This document shows positions 8,781 through 18,066 of a stretch of DNA of 64,000 bases, piece after piece. A model generated the notes under the pieces. The model was not told the origin of the DNA, made no database searches, and worked only from the letters and a program-made list of their open reading frames with translations. The position numbers and the translations under genes were made by a program. This DNA comes from a virus, in the IMG/VR virus record IMGVR_UViG_3300045141_000143, positions 4,061 to 68,060 of that record, one strand, 5' to 3'. The first letter of the stretch is position 1. Every line of letters starts with the position of its first letter.

Positions 8781-9106
8781 TACCGCAGGAAGTCCATCAT
8801 CGCGGCGTAGCTCGGCCATTCGCCGACGACCCACGATTCGGAGACCGAACACACCCCGGCCTTCGCATCGAGGACATGCCAGCACGCCTCAAGGCGCACG
8901 GTTTCGGTCTCGTCGAACGCGGTGAAGTAAGGGAAGCCGTGGTCGAACTCGCCGTCGACCACCGGCAGCATGGGGCCTTCGACGATCAGCTCCACCTGGC
9001 CGTCCGGGTGGTCAGCCCGGCGCGCACGGATGCGATGCTCTGGCGGCAGCACTCGCTCGAAACGGCCTTCCATCTCCCGATGACACAGGGCGATTATCGC
9101 GCGCAT
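8780..9106 (-). CDS. Hypothetical protein
   Basis: Coupled ORF. Confidence 0.6.
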   Translation of the reverse strand: MRAIIALCHREMEGRFERVLPPEHRIRARRADHPDGQVELIVEGPMLPVVDGEFDHGFPYFTAFDETETVRLEACWHVLDAKAGVCSVSESWVVGEWPSYAAMMDFLR

Positions 9107-9975
9107 ACGTTTTCTCCCTCGAAGTGATCGGCCAGCTTCACCATCCCGACGCGCACCAGCGCGCCGGCGATCTCCTTCCGCATCTGCCGGAAGGTCGAGT
9201 AGCCCACGACGGTGCCGCCCAAGCAGATCCAGATCACAGCCTCCCAGTGCAGCTCGCCGATCGCGGCCGCGGCCTCGCGCGCGATGAGGCAGGCGTCGAG
9301 GTTGCTCGAACTGATCGGCTTGCGGAGGAACGGCGCCGTGTGCACCGAGATGCCGCCGCCGTTGCCCAGGGCTGGCGTCATGGTCTCCAGGCAGTCCCGC
9401 AGCGTCTCTGCGGCCTCGTACTCCCGACTGGTGATCGACCCGGCACGCTGCAGCGCGAGCAGCGGGTCGGCCCGCACGGCCCGCCGCACGATGCGCTGCG
9501 GCTGGGTCGGGTCGCGCACCGTGGCGACCGAGACGTCGGCCTCGCGGATCACCTTCCCGGTGGCGTCGATCACGTCCTGGAGGCGAATGGTGGGCCCGAC
9601 GTCGACCCCGTAGTGGGGCTCGCGGGGTCGCCGGGGCCGCGCCCGAGCCTCAGCACGCCTACTCGCGGCTATCAGGAGCGCCATGTCGGGCGGCCGCGGG
9701 AGGGGCGCTGGCGGGGCCGCAGGCGGCTTCCGCGGCGCCTGGCGGTCGACCGGCCAGGGATGCACCGTGGCGGCTCCCTGGACCCAGCGCGGCCCCAGGC
9801 GGCGGCAGACCAGGCGCAGCCGGTGCGGCTTCACCTCGCCGCTCCGGCGCAGCTTGGTGATCTCGATGATCCGATAGACCACCTTGCCCTTGGGCGAGCC
9901 CAGCAGCATCCCGACAGCCAAGCCACCCTGGTCCAACCGGCGAGCGCGAAGCGTGATGATGCGCTCAGTCGGCAT
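9094..9975 (-). CDS. DUF6456-like protein (putative late-gene regulator)
   Basis: DPLLAL.RAGSI...EYEAAE.LR..C-terminal helical HTH-like region; downstream of replication genes. Confidence 0.6.
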   Translation of the reverse strand: MPTERIITLRARRLDQGGLAVGMLLGSPKGKVVYRIIEITKLRRSGEVKPHRLRLVCRRLGPRWVQGAATVHPWPVDRQAPRKPPAAPPAPLPRPPDMALLIAASRRAEARARPRRPREPHYGVDVGPTIRLQDVIDATGKVIREADVSVATVRDPTQPQRIVRRAVRADPLLALQRAGSITSREYEAAETLRDCLETMTPALGNGGGISVHTAPFLRKPISSSNLDACLIAREAAAAIGELHWEAVIWICLGGTVVGYSTFRQMRKEIAGALVRVGMVKLADHFEGENVCAR

Positions 9976-10636
9976 GTTCGAGGTTCTCGACGGTTCTCGG
10001 CGGTTTCCGGCGGATCTGATCGCGCAGCATTTGCGCGCGATGGCAGCCACCCAGTCCCTGAGCCTCGTAGACAGCGAGGAGCTGCTCGCCGAACAGGTGG
10101 TGGGCCTTCGGTCGCGACGGCGGCTGTGGCGCGTCCTCGATGGCTGCTGCCTCTGCTGCCAGGGATTTGGCTACCACGGCCTGGGGCAGCAGGTCGACGT
10201 GCTGCGGCGCGAACTTGCGGACAGCGGCGGCAAGATAGCTCACCAACTGCGCGTCGTCCCCGGCCTCGAGGATCCGCCGTTGGATGCCAGCCGGGTCGTC
10301 CCACTCGCGGCTGAGTTCGTCGTCCCGCCTGCTCAGTTGTTCCGACGGCGTCGCCTGGGTGATCGCGGGCAACGGCGGGCGATGTCCCTGCCACCACTCC
10401 GACAACCACGCCGCCAGTTCGCCGTAGGTGGGAAATCCTTTGACCGCGTTCCGCGCGCAGTGCTCCAGGCTCGCCTGCGTGAACGCGCCGTCGGGGAACC
10501 GATCGAACAACAGCGGCACGTACGCGGCGAGCTTCATCTCTGACTCCTGGCGAGAGATGCTAACCGCCGATAACACGCCGAGAGATTGGCACCACTGTCG
10601 CACCACTGGGAGGTGCGTCGGCTTGGTAGTCGGCAT
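9965..10636 (-). CDS. Hypothetical replication-associated protein
   Basis: Directly follows initiator; FP..AFT..SL..FPTYGEL..WW motifs. Confidence 0.65.
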   Translation of the reverse strand: MPTTKPTHLPVVRQWCQSLGVLSAVSISRQESEMKLAAYVPLLFDRFPDGAFTQASLEHCARNAVKGFPTYGELAAWLSEWWQGHRPPLPAITQATPSEQLSRRDDELSREWDDPAGIQRRILEAGDDAQLVSYLAAAVRKFAPQHVDLLPQAVVAKSLAAEAAAIEDAPQPPSRPKAHHLFGEQLLAVYEAQGLGGCHRAQMLRDQIRRKPPRTVENLEHAD

Positions 10637-11195
10637 CGGCGTTCTCCATGTCGGCTAGGATGCTGGCGGTGAATCCGTTCCTCGGTTCGCTTCCCTTCAC
10701 CCCAATTTTATGACCCCCCGTCCGCGTCCCCCCTCCGGGGGGATAAAAGGGGGGGCTGCTGTTATCTGGTTCTGGTTCTTTCGCGTGCACGCGGGTCCGC
10801 GCGCGTGAGTCCGACTCATTTTTGGGATGGCATGTGCCATCCTCTGAAATGGCATGTGCCATTTTCCAACGACGTTGAGCGCCTTTCTTTCCAGCGGCTT
10901 GCTTGACTTCACTCACATCTCTGGCGCGTTGCCGTTCTGCGTCTACTCTGCGATGTCTCCAGGCCCCACCTTCTCGACTGAAAAGGGTTATCGCGGGGCC
11001 TGCTTGGCGACGCCATTGGGGCACACTGATCTTGGCGATCCTGGCCAGCGACGCCTCGTCGTCGGGCAGATCGCCGCGTTTGAAATAGTGCATGATTAAC
11101 AACAGGTAGATCCCATGCTGGAACGCGGTCAGGTGCATCGTGTCGGCGAGGTAATCGCCAACATTGAATCGCATCCAGTGGTCGGTCGCGGCCAT
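10560..11195 (-). CDS. DUF1376/YdaU-family replication initiator
   Basis: WMRFNVGDYLADTMHLT..QHGIYLLLIMHY..LPDD..LARI..G.KG..RW. Confidence 0.9.
   Translation of the reverse strand: MAATDHWMRFNVGDYLADTMHLTAFQHGIYLLLIMHYFKRGDLPDDEASLARIAKISVPQWRRQAGPAITLFSREGGAWRHRRVDAERQRARDVSEVKQAAGKKGAQRRWKMAHAISEDGTCHPKNESDSRARTRVHAKEPEPDNSSPPFYPPGGGTRTGGHKIGVKGSEPRNGFTASILADMENADADYQADAPPSGATVVPISRRVIGG
10827..10862. repeat. Two ATGGCATGTGCCAT iteron-like repeats inside initiator gene (candidate lytic origin)
   Basis: Identical 14-mers at 10827 and 10849, each with ATGGCA/TGCCAT dyad arms. Confidence 0.55.
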
Positions 11196-11198
11196 CGA

Positions 11199-11768
11199 TC
11201 AGAACAACCGTTGCTGGCCGGGCAAGTGCCCGAACTCAGGGTTCCGTTGCCACACTTCATACTCGCGCCAGAAGATGAGACGCTCCGCCCATTCGTCGGG
11301 CGTCATCGTCGATTTCTCAGTGTTGCAAGTGCGGCAGCATGGTTTTACATTTGAATCAAAATAAGGCGGTCGGGAACGGTCGATAATGTCCAGGGTGATG
11401 TCAGCAAAACCGTTTCCCATCGCGCTGTACAAGCGACGACAATAGTCGCACGTATTCGTGTAATCGTGCCGCATCTTATATGCCACTCTGGCGAGATCCC
11501 AACCGTAGTAGCGTCGGAACACCTCGACGGATAATCCAAGGCGCTTTGCATGGAAGGCAATCGTCGACTTTGCCTTGGACACGAACGGATCGTTGCTCTT
11601 GTCAGCATCCCGATCATTTTGCTTGCAGCCGATACAAACCTTTTCCCGGAGAATGTATACATTCTCGCCCCTGCTGACGGTCCCCCTCTTGTGAAACTGG
11701 CCGATCCCCCATGTTCCGAAGCATCGAGTGCACTGCTGTGTGGCGATCGGCTTATGAATGAACGTCAT
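11199..11768 (-). CDS. HNH/His-Me finger endonuclease-like protein
   Basis: CxxC pairs, CDYC, LDIID, NVKPCCRTCN.EK; lower GC than neighbours. Confidence 0.7.
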   Translation of the reverse strand: MTFIHKPIATQQCTRCFGTWGIGQFHKRGTVSRGENVYILREKVCIGCKQNDRDADKSNDPFVSKAKSTIAFHAKRLGLSVEVFRRYYGWDLARVAYKMRHDYTNTCDYCRRLYSAMGNGFADITLDIIDRSRPPYFDSNVKPCCRTCNTEKSTMTPDEWAERLIFWREYEVWQRNPEFGHLPGQQRLF

Positions 11769-11980
11769 GCCGCCCTCTCATTGCTCATCAGCCCTGCATG
11801 GGCCGTGCATAAATTCCGGTCCGGTACGGCACGCTTCAGCAGGACACCGGCCTCGCGGACGGCAACGCTGCCGATGATGACGACCGTCGCCGGCGCACCA
11901 CAGCGGCAGCGCCGGGCGGCGAAGCGCGCAGCCAGTCCTCCCTGGTAGGCATCCAGGTCGGCTTGCTGCGCGGGCGTCAT
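11765..11980 (-). CDS. Small Cys-rich protein
   Basis: RRCRCGAPATV..LCTAH; related to 24793-25032. Confidence 0.65.
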   Translation of the reverse strand: MTPAQQADLDAYQGGLAARFAARRCRCGAPATVVIIGSVAVREAGVLLKRAVPDRNLCTAHAGLMSNERAA

Positions 11981-12033
11981 GAGACGGCCGCGATCAGCAG
12001 GACGAAGAAGCCGATGACGATCCAGAGTTTCAT
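11977..12033 (-). CDS. 18-aa hydrophobic micro-peptide
   Basis: MKLWIVIGFFVLLIAAVS; ATGA overlaps at both ends. Confidence 0.55.
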   Translation of the reverse strand: MKLWIVIGFFVLLIAAVS

Positions 12034-12410
12034 GGCCGCAACTCCGCATCGAAGAGCGAGAGCTGCGGACGCGGCCCTGGGTGCTTCAACTCGGTCGCTC
12101 GCAAGATCCCCAATGGGGTGATCCGCCACACGATCGCGCTCGACCCGGAGGGAGCGGGACGCCTCACCAGGCTGTCGGCGATGTAGCCCATGTCGCGCAA
12201 CTCACCGCGTCGCTTGCCCGCGCTGGTCTGCTGACGCCCCACCAACATGCCAAGCTCGAAATCGGTAAGCCCGCTCGGATGACCGTAGTGGACGAGGAGG
12301 ACGCGGACGCGGTCGATGCTTCGCGTGGACGGACTTCTCGCCGCTGCCTTGTGAGAGGTTTCAGGATCGGTGGGTCTCGCTCCAGGCCCCGGCCCAACCG
12401 TCTCCATCAC
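12030..12410 (-). CDS. Winged-helix DNA-binding phage protein
   Basis: ARPTDPETSH.AA, GLTDFEL, SAGKRRGEL..G...DS..RR..SG..AIVW. Confidence 0.8.
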   Translation of the reverse strand: MMETVGPGPGARPTDPETSHKAAARSPSTRSIDRVRVLLVHYGHPSGLTDFELGMLVGRQQTSAGKRRGELRDMGYIADSLVRRPAPSGSSAIVWRITPLGILRATELKHPGPRPQLSLFDAELRP

Positions 12411-12907
12411 ACAAGCTCCCGACGCACGACGTGCCGGACCGCAAATTCCCAGCCGCAGCAGGCGTCAGCGATGTTGTCGTTCTTGGTGTCGATGCCGCGC
12501 TGCTGCGCCCAGCGGACAACGACGCCCTTGACCGTGCCCTTTGGGAACTGGCCACAGCCCAGCACCTCTTGGCGGATGGTCTGCGGTTCGTTCTCGGCGC
12601 AGCGGATGCCAAGCTCGGCGCACTCGCCCTCGACGTAGGCATCGAGGCCATACTGCTGGCGGATGACGCGAAGGGGATCGTCGGTGAAGTGGGCGAGCGG
12701 CGCCTCTTTGAACACGAGGCTCGGCTGGTACTTCACCAGTGCCTCGACGAAGATGGTGCGGAAGGCGTTCAGCCGGTCGCCCAGGTACTTCTGCGGCAGG
12801 AGCCACACGCCCCACGCCGCCGGAAGCTTTAGGTCCGTCGTCCCGTAGGCCCACCCGCAGTTCGAGCTAAGATCGAGTGATAGGACTCCTCCTCGCGCTG
12901 CCACCAC
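12407..12907 (-). CDS. RuvC-like Holliday junction resolvase
   Basis: VLSLDL...GWA, VFKE.P, G..K..V, DNIADA. Confidence 0.8.
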   Translation of the reverse strand: MVAARGGVLSLDLSSNCGWAYGTTDLKLPAAWGVWLLPQKYLGDRLNAFRTIFVEALVKYQPSLVFKEAPLAHFTDDPLRVIRQQYGLDAYVEGECAELGIRCAENEPQTIRQEVLGCGQFPKGTVKGVVVRWAQQRGIDTKNDNIADACCGWEFAVRHVVRRELV

Positions 12908-12913
12908 ACACGG

Positions 12914-13573
12914 CTAGTGCAGGGGTAGCGGTGGTTCGTTCTCGCTGGTGGCGGTTGCGGCTGGCGGCACTGAGGGCGGGCGGCCGCGCTTGCGACCAGG
13001 GTTCGCCGTGGTCGAGCCGGTCGCCGGCGGCGCCTTGGCCTTGCGGGGCTTGCCGGTGGCGACCTTGGCGTTCTTGTCGAGGCCCTTGGCGATCTCCTTC
13101 TGGCCGCGCTTCCAGCCCTTCATCCAGAGCGCGTAAGCCTTGTCGCCTGGCTTGCCGACTGCGGTCTCGTTCCCGAAACCCCGACGACCGGCCACGAACC
13201 CAGCCTCCTCTGCCTCGAATTCGGCGTGCTGCTCGCGCGCCTTGGTGGTCGGCTCGACGTCCTTGACCTCGTTGAACAGGTTGAGCTGCATCGCGAACTC
13301 GGCCTTCTCGATCCGGCCGTAGCGGAACACATCGCGAAAATGAGCAACCGCGGTTTCCGGCTCCTGGCGGCGCAGCTGGATGACTTCGATCAGGGCTTTG
13401 ACGTTGATGCCATGTCCTTTCCAGCGCTTGCAGACGTTCCGGTGATCGCCCTGGGACTTCTCCAGAGCGGCTTTGCTCGCGGTGATCTCCCGCCGCGCTT
13501 CGAGCACAACTTCTGGCGGCACGATCCCGATCTGGCTCTCGGACCCGTTAGAATTTTTTAACCGTGCTGCCAT
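12914..13573 (-). CDS. GapR/DUF2312-like DNA-binding protein with Rmf-like segment and AT-hook
   Basis: K..KG.GINVKAL..VIQLRRQE; AEEAGF.AG..W.KGW..GQ; KRGRP. Confidence 0.55.
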   Translation of the reverse strand: MAARLKNSNGSESQIGIVPPEVVLEARREITASKAALEKSQGDHRNVCKRWKGHGINVKALIEVIQLRRQEPETAVAHFRDVFRYGRIEKAEFAMQLNLFNEVKDVEPTTKAREQHAEFEAEEAGFVAGRRGFGNETAVGKPGDKAYALWMKGWKRGQKEIAKGLDKNAKVATGKPRKAKAPPATGSTTANPGRKRGRPPSVPPAATATSENEPPLPLH

Positions 13574-13662
13574 TGTAGCCCCCTTCTAGTTCTTGTAATC
13601 TGTGCACAATGCACAGACGTAAGTGCCTCGATTCGCTGCTTGATGGCGCCGCAGTAGGTTCT

Positions 13663-13977
13663 TCAGACTCTGACGGCATCACTTGGAGTAATTCGATGTT
13701 CGACGGGCTTCTCAGGTTTCACGCGCTTCCGGCGGCGCTTTTTGGCGCGCTCCCGGTGGCGTTTGGCGTGGACGCCCTCAGCGGCGGCGGCGAGGAGTTC
13801 CATGCTGATGCCACGGATCTTGTTGCGTTTTGCCGACGCCATGAGCGCGGACCAGTACTCGTAAGGCACGGAGTTCCGCCGCTTCCAGGCCATCACCGTG
13901 TCGTACGGGACCGCCAACTCGTCGCTGATTCGCGCGAGCGAAGGCCAGAGCGACAGCAGGTTGGCAAAGCTTTGCAT
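13663..13977 (-). CDS. Cro-like HTH regulator
   Basis: WPSLA.ISDELAVPY.TV.AWKRRNSVP.EYW; divergent from repressor. Confidence 0.85.
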   Translation of the reverse strand: MQSFANLLSLWPSLARISDELAVPYDTVMAWKRRNSVPYEYWSALMASAKRNKIRGISMELLAAAAEGVHAKRHRERAKKRRRKRVKPEKPVEHRITPSDAVRV

Positions 13978-14015
13978 GGCGCACGATTGCGCCGGGAAGG
14001 GGGGTAGGTCAAGTG

Positions 14016-14948
14016 ATGGCTGAGGACTACGACACTCTGGGCCGACGCCTGCGTACGGTCCGCCTGGGGCTCGGGCTGGACCAACAGGTCGTCTCCAAGG
14101 CGCTCGGAATAGCGCCGACAGTGATCTCGAAGCACGAACATGACCGCCGCAATGTCAGCGAGGAGGCCGCGCTTCGGTATGCCAAATACTACGGCATCCC
14201 GGTCGAACATCTGCTCGATGCGCCGAAAGAAAAGCGGCCACCGAAAGATGTTGATGTGATCCCACGTTTCCAGGGGGAACCGAAGTCGCGAGGCGAGCGT
14301 TTAGAACGACTGCGGCAATCTCGCGGCTTTATGAAGCTCGCTCCGACTGCGCGTATGATAGGCATCAATCCCACGACAATGACGCACCACGAGAAAGGTT
14401 TGCGCGAAATCACACGCCAAGCGGCTGAACTTTATGCACGTTTTTTCCACGTCCCGGCTGGTTTCATTCTGTTCGGTGATGATTGTCCAACTGAGAATTA
14501 TGCCGATATAGTTGGAGAAATAAGAGCCAGAGGTCGGGTAGTTATGACCCACGGTAACGACGAGCATGGCGAGGTCCGCCGCGTTCCCACACCATCAGGA
14601 CTGGTAAGCGGCACCACGGCGAGCGGAGAGCAACCCAAGCTTGTCGCCTTCGTTGTCATCGGTGACGACCTGTATCCGGCCTACTTTCACGGCGATGTGG
14701 TGGTGGTTGCGAAGGATCACGGGCCGATAGTTCCAATTGATGTCAATGGGCGTGAGTGCATCGTGACGACGGCGTCCGGTGAGAACCTGCTCGGCATCAT
14801 CAAATCGGAGGGCGGCGAATACTATTCGATCGTCGGCCCGCACGCGCCGCCACAGTTCCACATCCGGCTCCTCAGTGCAGAGCCGGTGCTGCAAATCTTC
14901 CGGGGTTTGCTGCGCACCCTCTCGCGTGGCGGCAACGGCGAAGGTTGA
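14016..14948 (+). CDS. CI-like repressor with two XRE-HTH domains and S24-like C-terminal domain
   Basis: Two LG.RL..LR..G..A..LGI.PT...HE..R..A..YA..F units; VIGDDLYP..FHGDVVVV. Confidence 0.85.
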   Translation: MAEDYDTLGRRLRTVRLGLGLDQQVVSKALGIAPTVISKHEHDRRNVSEEAALRYAKYYGIPVEHLLDAPKEKRPPKDVDVIPRFQGEPKSRGERLERLRQSRGFMKLAPTARMIGINPTTMTHHEKGLREITRQAAELYARFFHVPAGFILFGDDCPTENYADIVGEIRARGRVVMTHGNDEHGEVRRVPTPSGLVSGTTASGEQPKLVAFVVIGDDLYPAYFHGDVVVVAKDHGPIVPIDVNGRECIVTTASGENLLGIIKSEGGEYYSIVGPHAPPQFHIRLLSAEPVLQIFRGLLRTLSRGGNGEG

Positions 14949-14978
14949 CGAGGCTTTGCATCTTGCACAGGATGCGGC

Positions 14979-15932
14979 ATGGCTCGACCACGCCGCCTCC
15001 GAAAGCCCGGCATCTATGCACTGACGGCCAGCGAATATCTGGCTGATCCCTGCGCCCGGCCATCGCTCAATCGCGGCATCGCCCAGCGCCTGGTGGAGCG
15101 GTCGCCCGCTCATGCCTGGATGGCCCACCCGCGCTACGGCGGCGCATCGGACGACGACGGCGATGACGACACGATGGACGTGGGCAGCGCGGTGCACGCG
15201 GCATTTTTGCTGGGTGACGACCTGATCGCGGAGTTCCCGTTCTCCTCCTGGCGATCGGATGCTGCCAGGGCCCGACGTGCCGGCGCGAGGGCTGCCGGGA
15301 AGATCCCACTGCTGTCCGAGAAGGCCGCGATCGTGCGGGCGCTGCTCGATCAGCTCTACCTGTTCCGAAACATGACCGGGGCCTTTACCCGTGGCAAGCC
15401 CGAGCAGACCGTGCTCTGGCGTGAGGGCGAGGTTTACTGCCGGGCTAAACCAGACTGGCTCCCCGACGATCCGACCGCGCCGCTGTGGGATCTGAAGGTG
15501 ACCAACGGCGTCGCGTCGGCCGGAGCCTGGAAGTATCGCGCCTACGAGGTTGCCGCCGACATCCAGGCGGTGATGTACGTGCGCGGGGTGGCGAAGGTGC
15601 GCAACCGCTCGCCGGACGGGATGCGGTTCTGCGTCATCGAGCAGGCCCCGCCGCACGGCATCCGGGTGTTCCGCTGGTCCGGTGAGGCTGAGGAGATCGC
15701 GCTGGCCAAGTTCGAGCGCGCGGTGGAGTTGTGGGGCGAGTGCCAGGCCAAGGACCGCTGGCCCAGCTACCCCACCGACGAGGTGTTCCTCGATCCTGCC
15801 TACGGCGCGCGGGACGATTGGGCGGCGTTCACCGCATCGGCCAAGGGCCTCGACCCGCAGACCCAGGCGCAGCGCCAGAAGGATGCTGCCGTGGCCGATA
15901 AGATCGTCGCACAGCACAACTGGGGAGGCTGA
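14979..15932 (+). CDS. PD-(D/E)XK exonuclease (RecE/Exo VIII-like)
   Basis: GSAVHA, EQTVLW..CRAKPDWL..WDLKVT, IQA..Y, F.VIEQ.PP. Confidence 0.88.
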   Translation: MARPRRLRKPGIYALTASEYLADPCARPSLNRGIAQRLVERSPAHAWMAHPRYGGASDDDGDDDTMDVGSAVHAAFLLGDDLIAEFPFSSWRSDAARARRAGARAAGKIPLLSEKAAIVRALLDQLYLFRNMTGAFTRGKPEQTVLWREGEVYCRAKPDWLPDDPTAPLWDLKVTNGVASAGAWKYRAYEVAADIQAVMYVRGVAKVRNRSPDGMRFCVIEQAPPHGIRVFRWSGEAEEIALAKFERAVELWGECQAKDRWPSYPTDEVFLDPAYGARDDWAAFTASAKGLDPQTQAQRQKDAAVADKIVAQHNWGG

Positions 15933-15934
15933 GG

Positions 15935-16189
15935 ATGCTGAAAGCAGCCGTGATGGGAACCAATGGTCGCGCGCTTTTGGTGCTCGGCTTGTCCTACGCC
16001 AACCTTGACCATCTTCGATCGGGACCGGGCGACTCATTCCTCAAGGTCGACGGCAGCCGGTTGGGTCTGGACATCGACGTCATGATCTTCTCCGGCGCGA
16101 CCGAGGCCGACATGGCGGGGACCATCGTCAAGGCCGATGGCATCGGTCCCGACACCACGGTCATCATCGACCCGAAGCTGAAATCATGA
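15935..16189 (+). CDS. Hypothetical protein
   Basis: GAGG RBS; coupled to next gene. Confidence 0.7.
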   Translation: MLKAAVMGTNGRALLVLGLSYANLDHLRSGPGDSFLKVDGSRLGLDIDVMIFSGATEADMAGTIVKADGIGPDTTVIIDPKLKS

Positions 16190-17523
16190 GCGACGGCGGA
16201 CTGATCTATGCCCCCGCCACACCAGGCGCCGAGACCTACCTCATCGCCCTGGCCGGGCCGACCGGCTCTGGCAAGACGCTGTCGGCGCTGCGCCTGGCGC
16301 GCGGGCTCGCAGGACCAGACGGCAAGATCTTCTTCTGCGACACCGAGAACCGGCGCGGCCTGCGCTACGCCCGCGACTTCGAGTTCATGCACGCCTCGAT
16401 GTCGCCGCCATTCATCAGCGAGAAATACACGGTCGCCGCCGAGCAGGCGCAGAAGGCCGGGGCCGCGGTGCTGATCCTCGACAGCGTCAGCCACGAGCAT
16501 GTCGGCCCCGGCGGTATGCTGGAGCGCTTCGAGGATGAACTGACCCGGCTCGCCGGCGACAACTACGAGCGCCGCGATCGGCTGAAGGGCACCGCCTGGA
16601 TCAAGCCGAAGCGGGCGCACAAGGCGATGCTCCAGCGGTTCATTCAGCTGAACATGCACGTCATCTGCTGCCTGCGCGCCGAGCCCAAGCTGGTCATCCG
16701 CCCTGATCCGAAGAAGCCTGGGAAGACCGAGTGGGCCGACGCTGGCCTGCAACCGGTGTGCGGCAGCGACTTCATGTTCGACATGACGATGAGCCTGATG
16801 CTGTATCCGCTCGACCCCAAGAACCCCAGCGTGGATCCGCGTGGGATCCCCGTGCCGATCAAGCTCGACAAGCAGGACGCCCACCTGGTCCCGCTGGATC
16901 GCGTGCTGGACGAATCGGTGGGCGCGGCGATCGGCGCCAAGGCGCGCGGCGAGACGGTGGCACCGAAGTCCCAGCGCCACGAGATGCGCACCGATGTGCC
17001 GACTGACCCGAATGCTGGCAGCGATCTGATCCCGTCAGGGCAATCGTCAGTAGAGTCCAAGCCGCCGCCACTGCGCGGCGAGGCCAAGAACCGCGCCAAG
17101 GCTGATGAGCTGATCGCGCGGTTCAACGCCACCAGGGCTCAGGTGGATCACCAGGCACTCATCGCACTGGACGAGGTGCAGGACGCGCTGCGCTGGTTCC
17201 TGGAAAAGCGGCCCGAGATGGCGAAGGAGATCAACGCGGCGCTCAACGAGAGTTGGAAACGCTGCAATCCGTTTGGGAGCGGAACGCCCTCAAATGAGAC
17301 GGCAAAAAGTGACACGCCACCCGACAAGGATCAGCAGCGGGCCGATCAGATCCTCGCCGACATCGCGGCCGCCGAGGACGAGGAACAGCTGAAGGCAGCG
17401 ACCGGCGGCACCGCTTTGCAGACGCTGGCCAAGCGCTGGCTCCAGGAGCGGCCGGAACTCGCGAAGGCGATCAACGACGCGGAGAAGGCAAAAGCCGACC
17501 AACTGAGGAGCGTGACAGCATGA
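16186..17523 (+). CDS. AAA ATPase, Sak4-like recombination protein
   Basis: GPTGSGKT, CDTE, LILDSVSHEH.G.GG; paired with exonuclease. Confidence 0.85.
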   Translation: MSDGGLIYAPATPGAETYLIALAGPTGSGKTLSALRLARGLAGPDGKIFFCDTENRRGLRYARDFEFMHASMSPPFISEKYTVAAEQAQKAGAAVLILDSVSHEHVGPGGMLERFEDELTRLAGDNYERRDRLKGTAWIKPKRAHKAMLQRFIQLNMHVICCLRAEPKLVIRPDPKKPGKTEWADAGLQPVCGSDFMFDMTMSLMLYPLDPKNPSVDPRGIPVPIKLDKQDAHLVPLDRVLDESVGAAIGAKARGETVAPKSQRHEMRTDVPTDPNAGSDLIPSGQSSVESKPPPLRGEAKNRAKADELIARFNATRAQVDHQALIALDEVQDALRWFLEKRPEMAKEINAALNESWKRCNPFGSGTPSNETAKSDTPPDKDQQRADQILADIAAAEDEEQLKAATGGTALQTLAKRWLQERPELAKAINDAEKAKADQLRSVTA

Positions 17524-17639
17524 CAATCAGGCAGCGGAAGATACGGCGGGCACTGCGGGAGTGGCGTTCCGATCTGGCGATTGTGGTGCTGGGGGTGACC
17601 GTCGTGTGCGGCCTTGTGGTAACCGGGGTGCTGCGCTGA
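17520..17639 (+). CDS. Small single-TM peptide
   Basis: MTIRQRKIRRALREWRSDLAIVVLGVTVVCGLVVTGVLR; coupled both ends. Confidence 0.5.
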   Translation: MTIRQRKIRRALREWRSDLAIVVLGVTVVCGLVVTGVLR

Positions 17640-17824
17640 TGGGCCGCCCGCGCGACCATGAGCTGTACGATATTCGCCGGATCATGGCGATTTTCGCAGC
17701 TATGCCGGTGCCGCAGCGTCGCCGCGTGCTGGCATATGTCAACGAACGTATCGACCTGATGGCAGAGTTCACTCCACCGAAGACCGAGACGCTGGAGGAA
17801 GATCTACCGCTGGAGACCACCTGA
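17639..17824 (+). CDS. Hypothetical protein
   Basis: TGATG coupling. Confidence 0.6.
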   Translation: MGRPRDHELYDIRRIMAIFAAMPVPQRRRVLAYVNERIDLMAEFTPPKTETLEEDLPLETT

Positions 17825-18066
17825 TGGAACGCACAGAGATCATGGACGAAGCCGGTCGCTGGATGGCTCGCGCCAACGAGGTCCAAGCCGGGCCGGACGA
17901 CGTGTTGAAGATCCTGTCGCTGATGATGGGGCAACTGCTGCACGAACATGCGGCCGACGCTGACCAGGCAGGCCACATCATCGTGCAGCACAATCTCTTC
18001 GCGATCGAGTTTTACACGCGCCAGCAGGAGCGCCGAGAGCAGCGGCGCGCGACGACGTTGCACTGA
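17824..18066 (+). CDS. Hypothetical protein
   Basis: TGATG coupling. Confidence 0.65.
   Translation: MERTEIMDEAGRWMARANEVQAGPDDVLKILSLMMGQLLHEHAADADQAGHIIVQHNLFAIEFYTRQQERREQRRATTLH

Noticed and set aside
9124-10314. 396-aa + strand ORF
   Set aside because: Arg/Gly/Ala-rich shadow of coupled - strand genes
14595-16980. Long antisense ORFs (480 aa, 328 aa)
   Set aside because: Shadows of the exonuclease and ATPase genes in GC-rich DNA; no motifs
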